Shown: positions 35,801 through 42,627 of the stretch, in pieces
Numbering within the stretch: position 1 is the stretch's first letter
Layout of the letters: the number at the start of each line of letters is the position of its first letter
IMG/VR virus record: IMGVR_UViG_3300015063_000003
Coordinates: 7,279 to 71,278 of that record
From: a virus
Direction: 5' to 3' (one strand)
Length of the DNA: 64,000 nt
Notes under the pieces: generated by a model
The model's database searches: none
What the model saw: only the letters and a program-made list of their open reading frames with translations
Told to the model about the DNA's origin: nothing
Translations under genes and position numbers: made by a program

Positions 35801-38151
35801 TGAGCCTTCATCTCGTCCGCGAGTTGATGCAACTGGCTCGGCTTCAGGCCGACCTTGCGTGCTCGCTTGCCCCAAACCGCTCGCTGGTAGCTTTTCTCCT
35901 GTGCGTTCTCATCACGCGAAATGCTCGCGTTGAGCCTGCCGATCTTCTTCTTGTCCGTACTCTTGTCGGCCTTCAACTCGCCTAGTTTCTTGTGTTGCTC
36001 GCTCTCTTCGGGAAACTCTTTCAAGTTGTCGAGTTTGCGGCCCGTCAGTCGCGGATTGCCCTTCGTGATGCGGCCATTCTCGACGTACACAGGACTGCCG
36101 CCGTGCCGTTCGCCGTCTTCACCCTTGCTACCACCGATGGTGATCCAGTGGCCAGCCTCTTTCACGGCGAACATAGCCCCGAAATCGAAGTCCATCGGCT
36201 GCATCGACAACTGCACCGAGAGCGGCATGCCCGCTATGCTTCGCTGGAATCCCGCTGGCGGCCTGAACGGCGGCATCGGCACGAATGCCCTGTCCGCAGG
36301 CTCCACGCCCGTTCGTAACCACTCGACGGCCTCACTGATGCCCTTGCTCGCAGCCATGCGGACTGTCATGGGAATCCAGGAGCACCTATCGCAAAAGTCC
36401 CATGGTGGCCTAAAGGTAAGGAATACCGGGTCATCGATCCGATAGATGTTAGTCCCCTGGATACCGCACGTCATCAATGCAAGATGATTGTGCCTCACGC
36501 GGTCATCATCGATCGCCTCGTACGCCGCGTAGGGGAAACCGCTCCGCACGAAGGGATGCTGCAGTACCGTCATCTGCCCGTCGCTGAACGCGGTCTGCAC
36601 GTTGGTGCGAAACACCGTCTCGAGGTGAGCGGGCGAGAGGAACGTGCCTTCGTCCACAACCGATAGAACTTTCTCCCGGAACGCCTGCAAGTCTGTGCCA
36701 TCGGCGACGTTCTCCGCGAGGGCGTCTCTGATCTTCGCCAGCGTCTCAGTTGACTCCACGTTCGCGACCGTGAACGCCTTCGCCCGGGCCGCGTTGTCGA
36801 GGGCATCGAACTGGGCCCGCGTCATCACGTTGCGGTCCGCGAGCGAACGTGCTGCCTCGTCGATGATCGGGAAGTGCACCGGCTCGGCCGAACCAGACGC
36901 CGGCGGACGCGGGGTAAAAGGTCCAGGCGGGACGATACCTCCGTGCCTTCGAGCGGCGAGACCTTGCTTGACGAAGGCTTGCTGGTCAGCCGGCAGGGCG
37001 TAGACCGCCGAGTCTCGCTCGGCGATTGGCAGGGCTTCGAGCCTGTCGAGGAGTTCGACGGCCTTGATAGGTTCGAGCGTCGCCGGCGGCGGTACGGCGC
37101 CGGGGAAAGCGGGCACGGTCGGGATGTTCTTGGCGACTTCTCTGGCACCTTCGAGGAGCGAAGCCAGCTGCGTCGTCGTCAACAGGTCGGCGAGTTTCGT
37201 CCGATAGGTGTGGATGAAGGATGTGAGGGCTTGCCACATCTGGGATTGGTCGCCGGTCTGGAGCGACTTCTCCAGGTCACGCCTCGCACTCGCGGAGATC
37301 TGCTTGGCGACGGTGATGCTGCGATTGAGGATGCCCTGGGCCCTTCTGTTATGAATGTCGTGGGCGAAGAAGGCGTCTAACGAAAACTTGTCATCCTCAA
37401 TCGCCAACTTCGCAGAGATCCCGTCTCGAATCTTCTGAACGAGTTTCGCAGCGAGTTTCTTCTGATCTTCTGACAGCAATGCCACGTGAGCATCAGCGTT
37501 GACAAGATATTCTTCCGACCTTCGCTTAGCCTCTGCGACAGCAGCCTCGAACGCCTTGCTGCCTTCGGGGTGAGCACCGGCAACCGATGAGAACTTCGAC
37601 TCGTAGATGCAAAAATAATCAAAGTCGGCAGCAGCATCTTCGGCCTGCGAAATCGCTTTCTTGGCACGACCGATCCGCACCGAACGTGGAGCGTCATCTG
37701 ATGGCAAAGGAACAGGCTTCGAAGGCTTTTCGTGCAAGAGACGTTCAACCGACTCAGCTAAGCGGCCACGATGGTATCGCTCTAATGATGCATTCGCTAC
37801 TTCTTGCTTGGCATGCAGCTTCGGAAACTTCTCTTTAATCTCGTCCGATTTCATGCCGCGAGAAGCAATTCGTTCTTCGTTCGTAATCCCGTCGTCACTC
37901 GCGAACTCAACCGGGTGGGCTTTCCGCATCGCGGCTACTGCCTCGACGAATCGACCGCTCTTCTCATCGTGCATTCGTCCGCCATCATCCTCAATCGCCA
38001 ACTCCACCGACGCGGGCAGGCTCTCGTATGCCAAATTTGCGACAATCACCGCTTCCTCAACGTCGACGCATTCCGGCAGCGCACGACGGAACAAGACCGC
38101 CCAGCGATCTGCAGCGTGCTTGCTTTCCAGGAGTGTTGCGGGTTCGGTCAT
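32851..38151 (-). CDS. giant phage head morphogenesis (Mu gpF/MuF) polyprotein, 1766 aa
   Basis: AFTVAN..., LETVFRTNVQTAF, YEAIDDDRVRHNHLAL, DDPVF...PPWDFCDRC core with long N- and C-terminal modules. Confidence 0.85.
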   Translation of the reverse strand: MTEPATLLESKHAADRWAVLFRRALPECVDVEEAVIVANLAYESLPASVELAIEDDGGRMHDEKSGRFVEAVAAMRKAHPVEFASDDGITNEERIASRGMKSDEIKEKFPKLHAKQEVANASLERYHRGRLAESVERLLHEKPSKPVPLPSDDAPRSVRIGRAKKAISQAEDAAADFDYFCIYESKFSSVAGAHPEGSKAFEAAVAEAKRRSEEYLVNADAHVALLSEDQKKLAAKLVQKIRDGISAKLAIEDDKFSLDAFFAHDIHNRRAQGILNRSITVAKQISASARRDLEKSLQTGDQSQMWQALTSFIHTYRTKLADLLTTTQLASLLEGAREVAKNIPTVPAFPGAVPPPATLEPIKAVELLDRLEALPIAERDSAVYALPADQQAFVKQGLAARRHGGIVPPGPFTPRPPASGSAEPVHFPIIDEAARSLADRNVMTRAQFDALDNAARAKAFTVANVESTETLAKIRDALAENVADGTDLQAFREKVLSVVDEGTFLSPAHLETVFRTNVQTAFSDGQMTVLQHPFVRSGFPYAAYEAIDDDRVRHNHLALMTCGIQGTNIYRIDDPVFLTFRPPWDFCDRCSWIPMTVRMAASKGISEAVEWLRTGVEPADRAFVPMPPFRPPAGFQRSIAGMPLSVQLSMQPMDFDFGAMFAVKEAGHWITIGGSKGEDGERHGGSPVYVENGRITKGNPRLTGRKLDNLKEFPEESEQHKKLGELKADKSTDKKKIGRLNASISRDENAQEKSYQRAVWGKRARKVGLKPSQLHQLADEMKAHHDENVNDIKSMLNDARTHASKMGVPIHHKQLSETGDHTHIPGFDTMTRELSGRFPHLLVGDDAEKQEKLLDYLKDGNPESLAAEDAYQLAFDYLNEHGEKSESRRHSGKGKKKKAEYEDAVPFSIGFKEEDVNRDDHGRFAKQVGAIPHGELHHVGGLPVRHVVPKKERDWKPRKLTKGQQVHGRYSVPGLGESDFVGKITSIENDTAGGNFGQVSVKLDHPMKLGNDERSTVMLMVNAKGEFVEDNYTGLYKKTDDEFRIDTDEGHVSGDADKIASHIVDDHAKRKLHGKKREQALERAEGVAEADVLTDPEQHAADAKGFAALPKGAKVVSLDANTHGRVGEIVKGEDGSNRVKLEGTPGFASDHVEPLDEKHSWRTKTKVKLHKSLTLNRDAAKSFADTGEATAFRIHDAKKPLPKKSANMWTDADELMPGTSGHANFSNALEDMLLGVKESVTGENYTDPIKEAGSDPVIIALDGESIDGPGSEVIVPNAKIAHIFTETEATAAFREASKELLKPLGLTDPERLNTMSPREIAEEFGFDRKDKSSVMRDVERKMLASIGNPSDSLFADDDEKPKKKPAKVKHKKREIHGESLEADTNEFFQVKREQGRLFSMGFAMGVNAMFAQVHSPVGGVTIGGEFYPGGQWIPEDVIAKATKEEKAPINDSKTHMYKKFKTGELLEDSQDKTVIYTPGDVNPAIQGNDREFTQKYHAYASRHLDHERDEIEDLIGDEALPEEDKEEKIEAIRERVEGHVLEFFDAVSKHLRLTHGDELDFAGEDDFKEKMWQATGAVDEAANQQDVDVLYEAIADLQTEMQEAATEYTESVDAEREDHDEKTEAEDQSERDAIEGDYFDDIESEVESAVGDDADQDEIDRVWTETVRTCNKALADNGEERWRIGIAGDGSLEVVDAEDLDDEYKPRGPDAKLSVTKVRMKKPIIDKTEDERCVEYLQQLRGGKTDSKTENEREAEYLEQIRGALP
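37391..38003. repeat. 19-bp direct repeat (37391-37409 and 37985-38003)
   Basis: tcatcctcaatcgccaact twice; both copies encode LAIEDD. Confidence 0.85.
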
Positions 38152-38765
38152 ATCTCAATTACCGTCCAGCTTCTTGCGGAGTTAATGATCGTTGTTCGCC
38201 CACGTTGACGCAAGCCTCTTGCTTCGTGAATGTGGCCACACGTCACGATTTTCGGCTGAATTCTGTCAATAGCTTCCAGCGTCGCCATTGAGCCTGCAAG
38301 AAATCCCGAATTCGTCCGGTCGAGGATGCCGAATGGTGGAGCATGGCAAACGAGGAAATTGATATTCGGCGGAATCAACGAACACTTTTCAACGAACGGC
38401 TCTTTATCGAGGTTGAACGCCAGCCGATCAAACGTCGGAATCCACGGCATACCCCAGAAATTCCACCCGCCAAAGACGCTCTGCGAATCACAGAGATATT
38501 CCAGATTCGACAGCGTCGGCGGACCATAACGCTCAATTGCTGTGTCGTGATTGCCACCGATCATAATAACGTGGCCAGCCTTCGACGCCCAATCCGAGAA
38601 CGGACCGCGAAGCCAGTCACGCCAATGACCATCAGACAAATCCGGACGCCATCGATCATTGACGTAAGCCGGGCCGCCAGTGATATCTCCCGACAAAACA
38701 ACGAGGTCGCACGGTGGAATCTCCGGCAACTCTCCGTGTTGATCGCTGAGAATAGCCACTTTCAT
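38148..38765 (-). CDS. calcineurin-like metallophosphoesterase
   Basis: SDQHG, SGDI, GNHD, VCHAPP, CGHIHE. Confidence 0.92.
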   Translation of the reverse strand: MKVAILSDQHGELPEIPPCDLVVLSGDITGGPAYVNDRWRPDLSDGHWRDWLRGPFSDWASKAGHVIMIGGNHDTAIERYGPPTLSNLEYLCDSQSVFGGWNFWGMPWIPTFDRLAFNLDKEPFVEKCSLIPPNINFLVCHAPPFGILDRTNSGFLAGSMATLEAIDRIQPKIVTCGHIHEARGLRQRGRTTIINSARSWTVIEI

Positions 38766-38767
38766 GC

Positions 38768-40234
38768 TCACGCCGCCCTCACAATCTTGCGTGCCAGCTC
38801 GCGGACACGGTCCGTCACCAGACCGTGCGAGAACATCGCCTGATTCGGGTTGTCCATCCTCGCTGTCGGCTCCTGCCGCTGCACCGCGTTCTGCGGCTGT
38901 TGCGGCTGTTGCGGCTGACCGGGTTGGGCTTGCCCCTGCGGATTCGCGTTCGGCTTCTGCCCTTCGCCTTGCGCCTGTTTGGTCCGGGTCTTGATGAGGC
39001 TCTTGACCATCACGTTGAACTTAACTTCGCCGAAGTTCATTCGCACCAACGGCCGCAATACCTGCTCGATGAACAGCCGCAAGATCGCGTCCGCGATCTG
39101 CTGCTGGTTCGACAGGAACGCCTCCAGTGGGATTCGCCGGCCGCTGTAACCGCTCCCTGACTCAGCCGCTTCGAGCAATTCCGGCGGGACGCCGATGCCC
39201 TGCGTGATCTGGTCGTAGAGATGATCTAGGTACGTTACCAGCTTATCGAGCTGATCCGCGAGACCCTGCAAAATCTCAAGGCTGTACTTGTACTCACCCT
39301 TGGCGTCGCGGACGTTGGGCAAACCGATTCCGGCCCCTGCCTTCGCTTGCTCGATAATCTGCCGGATGATGTCGCGGGCGAACCTTCGCGGGTTGCCTTG
39401 ACTGTCCAGCGTCGTGTTCGGCGCCCCTGGGCTCGGACCTTGCAAGTCATCTCCAGGAAATCGTCCCACAACCCAACCGACGCCGCCTCGATACGCAGCC
39501 ATGTCGAGCGTACTTTCTGCTCCGTCTTTCCATGCCGCTCGACGCCATGGCCGCCACGCCCCGACCATCTGGCTCTGGCCGTAGAACGTGTTGTATCGCG
39601 GGTTGTGGGCATACCACAGACCCTTCGCCGGGATCGCTTCGCCCGCCATGTAGAGGTCGAGGTTCTTGCCGCCCATCACATTCTTCACGCGGATGCCGAC
39701 CGGCTCGAAGTCCTGTGTCAAGAGGTAGGTATCCCGTGGCGAGAAGTGATAGAGTTTCTCCCATTTCATCACGCCGTCGTCTTCGTCGTAGACGTTCTCC
39801 GCTCCGCACCAGCCGTATTCGTACGCAGATTGAAGGTGCGGAACGCCTCGATCCCAGAACCGCTCGCATTGTTCCTTGATGAAGCGGCCGACCTGATCGT
39901 TCTCCGGGCAAATCGGCAAGCCCTTGTCGGCTTCGGGCGTGTCCTCTGGAACGTCGGGGTTCGGTCCGCCCCAAAACTCCGCCCCGGCGATACCACCCTT
40001 GAAATAGCCCAACGCCTGACGCACGACGGGGTGCGTCAGCATGAACTCAAGATCTTGACGCAACCACATCAGGGGCAAGCCGTCTTGCCCGTACATGCCA
40101 ACGATCGCAAGACTCGGCTTGTAGCCCTTGGACAGTTGCTCTTCGAGCATGGCGAGGTAGTCCGGCTGAGCCTCGCCGTTGATGGGAGATTCTTCGTGGG
40201 CATCGATCAGGAGTCCGGAGGGACGCTGGTACAT
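38768..40234 (-). CDS. portal protein (Mu gp29/DUF935-like)
   Basis: 488 aa helical, PRYNTFYGQS.M, VVGRFP, QITQGIGVP...GSG, QVLRPLVRMNFG; upstream of MuF. Confidence 0.75.
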   Translation of the reverse strand: MYQRPSGLLIDAHEESPINGEAQPDYLAMLEEQLSKGYKPSLAIVGMYGQDGLPLMWLRQDLEFMLTHPVVRQALGYFKGGIAGAEFWGGPNPDVPEDTPEADKGLPICPENDQVGRFIKEQCERFWDRGVPHLQSAYEYGWCGAENVYDEDDGVMKWEKLYHFSPRDTYLLTQDFEPVGIRVKNVMGGKNLDLYMAGEAIPAKGLWYAHNPRYNTFYGQSQMVGAWRPWRRAAWKDGAESTLDMAAYRGGVGWVVGRFPGDDLQGPSPGAPNTTLDSQGNPRRFARDIIRQIIEQAKAGAGIGLPNVRDAKGEYKYSLEILQGLADQLDKLVTYLDHLYDQITQGIGVPPELLEAAESGSGYSGRRIPLEAFLSNQQQIADAILRLFIEQVLRPLVRMNFGEVKFNVMVKSLIKTRTKQAQGEGQKPNANPQGQAQPGQPQQPQQPQNAVQRQEPTARMDNPNQAMFSHGLVTDRVRELARKIVRAA

Positions 40235-40506
40235 CAGATTGGTTCCGAAACAGTCTTGTTCGCTTTTTCCGGATGAGGCTCGGTCATCACTTCCGGAATG
40301 TAAGCCGTCATGAACTCCGTACCGGAGTCGCTGGCCTTCTGCATGTCAAGAACTTCGTCATTACGCCGAAGCGTCAACTTCTTCGGCGTACCGTCTGAAT
40401 ACCATTCTTCGACGGTAAAAAGAGCGTGAACCATACGCATCTTTCGCCGTCCATTGCCAATTGGACTGACGAAAATCAAGTCAGGGAGTTCGCCTTTCTT
40501 TGCCAT
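40234..40506 (-). CDS. hypothetical protein
   Basis: TGATG overlap with portal start; start re-assigned. Confidence 0.55.
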   Translation of the reverse strand: MAKKGELPDLIFVSPIGNGRRKMRMVHALFTVEEWYSDGTPKKLTLRRNDEVLDMQKASDSGTEFMTAYIPEVMTEPHPEKANKTVSEPI

Positions 40507-40508
40507 GA

Positions 40509-41243
40509 TTATGATCCTGCAACTCCCGCTCCAGAGGCGACGCCACTCTGTAGATTCCCGACGGGGTTGTTCGTCTGGGCGTTGTCGTCGGGTTGACTGA
40601 TCGGAGCCTGGATTCCACCCGTTGGGTACGGCGAATCCGCTGCGATATGCTGAGCCAGGTTCGGCGGCGGCAATTGCTGCGACCTGGGCGGCACAGCGAC
40701 AGTGTACCACAACTCCCATTCAGCGTACCAGAGAATCACGCCTGAATAATTTCCCGCAATCTTGTTGTACGCCCACTGCGGGTTATTGTCATGCGGGATC
40801 GCCGACACGCCCCCAACCAACTTCAGCCCAGGAATCGGCACTTGCTCGCCGACCCGCATCGCTTCGCCCTTCATGCAGAATCGGTACTGCGAATGAGCCA
40901 TTCTCTGCACGACATCGGCGAATTGATCGACGGATTTCGTGTTGACACCTTTGCCCGTAATTTTGTCGATATTCGTGTCGGTGATCATGCAACTCGCGAG
41001 CGTGTCCGGAGCCGTATTGAACTGCGGCAGCGTCCGATGCGTGACGATGCCAGAATCGAGGACGCAGTAGATCGTGTTTTCGTAGTGGACCCACGTTGCG
41101 TTGCCGCCAGGTGTCGGCAGCAAGACGCCTTTTTCGAGCGTATTCCCGTAAGGGTCGAAGTCGGAAACGCCCGCTTGAAATTGGGAGTTCTTCGCAATCC
41201 CTTGTGCGATGTTCTCGTCCTGAAAGATAGCGAACGCCATCAT
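40509..41243 (-). CDS. putative tail protein
   Basis: 244 aa downstream of tape measure. Confidence 0.45.
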   Translation of the reverse strand: MMAFAIFQDENIAQGIAKNSQFQAGVSDFDPYGNTLEKGVLLPTPGGNATWVHYENTIYCVLDSGIVTHRTLPQFNTAPDTLASCMITDTNIDKITGKGVNTKSVDQFADVVQRMAHSQYRFCMKGEAMRVGEQVPIPGLKLVGGVSAIPHDNNPQWAYNKIAGNYSGVILWYAEWELWYTVAVPPRSQQLPPPNLAQHIAADSPYPTGGIQAPISQPDDNAQTNNPVGNLQSGVASGAGVAGS

Positions 41244-42625
41244 CCACCCCCGCCGAAATCGACGATCACATCCTGCGAAGCGTCAAGGCGATTCTCCGTC
41301 CACGAGGTCCAACCGGAGATGTTGCGGATCGACGTCGCCCAGAGGTTGCCGTTGCCTTCGGGCAGTTTACGCCACAAACCGGACGCCACGAGGATGCTGG
41401 CAAACGTCGTGATGAGCCGCCAGCTTGCCGTAAACGTCACCGTCTTTGAATCGAGGTAAACCCCTTCATCGATGCTGAAGTCGATCAACCACGCCCGCCG
41501 CTGCTCTACAGCCGGAGCGACAGACTGTTGGACTGCCTGGTTTGCCCCCAAGATCAGCGGCAACCAGCTAAGCGGCAAGATATTGGCAAGAATATTGGCC
41601 CCAGCCTGTGCCCCAGCCTGTGCCCTAGCCTGTTGAGCCTGGATAGCTGCCGGACCAGGGTTTTGATCGCCATCTGGATCGGTTCCTTGTTGCGAAGATT
41701 TCATCCGAAGCCGCAAGAGAGCCAAGAACGCCAACCACGCTGTACGTCTGGCTTTGTCCTTGCGGACGGTGTAAGTCGCTCGCAACGTACAAACCCAATT
41801 GCACAGTCCTACGCCAGCCTTCGACGGCTTCACGCTGTAATTCCCCCTCGCAACGGTTACATCAGGCGGCATTCGCATGTACGGGAGTTCTTCTGCCGCG
41901 AAGTCCCACTCCATCGTGCGCTTGTCCCGCGAGACGTGGAATTCGCGACGAGTAACGCGGAACCGCTTGAGATCGATGCTATTGCCCACGAGCGTCATGA
42001 AACGCTGCCGAAAGTCGTCAACGGTTTGCGTTAACGTGCGTGTGCTTTGCGTCAATCTCGTCAACGCGATTTCCAGCGTCCCCCGAATCGAGAGCGTACT
42101 GAATCCAGCATCGTCGTAAGTAACTCCCGTCTCCTCGTTAAATTGCAAGATCGGCAATATCAACCCATTGACGCCGTTGACAGATGGAACTTCGGGAATC
42201 CGAGTCTTCACCTGCCATTTGATCTTTGCCGAACGTCCAGCGCCAAGCGGTTGGAAGTCAAGAATTTCAGGGATCGGGCCCCATGCAACATCGCGAACAG
42301 TCCCACCTGGAAGATTAACGATGATGTCATTGCCTCTGCCCGTATAAATTAGCACGCCGGCTTGAGCCGTGAGCAATCTTCGCAATGCCGTCATCACAGT
42401 AACAAGCGAAGCCGCCGCACCAGCCAGGCCTCCATCGACGGGAAGAGTCGCATAGCCGTCGACCGTGATGGTATACTCCATCAGCTTTGTCGTTCGGCCT
42501 GCGTTGTCCTGCACGACTTTACCGCTGACGTTCGACTCGAACAGCGGCGAAAAAATGCAGCCGTTGTAGCTGAGGACGCCGATATCAGGAAGCGGCGATA
42601 ATCCAGTAGTAAAGTTGAACGACAT
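41240..42625 (-). CDS. putative distal tail protein
   Basis: 461 aa beta-rich, immediately downstream of tape measure. Confidence 0.5.
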   Translation of the reverse strand: MSFNFTTGLSPLPDIGVLSYNGCIFSPLFESNVSGKVVQDNAGRTTKLMEYTITVDGYATLPVDGGLAGAAASLVTVMTALRRLLTAQAGVLIYTGRGNDIIVNLPGGTVRDVAWGPIPEILDFQPLGAGRSAKIKWQVKTRIPEVPSVNGVNGLILPILQFNEETGVTYDDAGFSTLSIRGTLEIALTRLTQSTRTLTQTVDDFRQRFMTLVGNSIDLKRFRVTRREFHVSRDKRTMEWDFAAEELPYMRMPPDVTVARGNYSVKPSKAGVGLCNWVCTLRATYTVRKDKARRTAWLAFLALLRLRMKSSQQGTDPDGDQNPGPAAIQAQQARAQAGAQAGANILANILPLSWLPLILGANQAVQQSVAPAVEQRRAWLIDFSIDEGVYLDSKTVTFTASWRLITTFASILVASGLWRKLPEGNGNLWATSIRNISGWTSWTENRLDASQDVIVDFGGGG

Positions 42626-42627
42626 TG

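Noticed and set aside
36380-36410. MuF motif variant FCDRC instead of FNCRC as a frameshift or error
   Set aside because: The frame stays open and two Cys are retained; probably ordinary divergence
41575-41640. Short tandem repeats (ccccagcctgtg; ggcaagaatatt)
   Set aside because: Encode a low-complexity AQAG/NILA linker; not CRISPR-like
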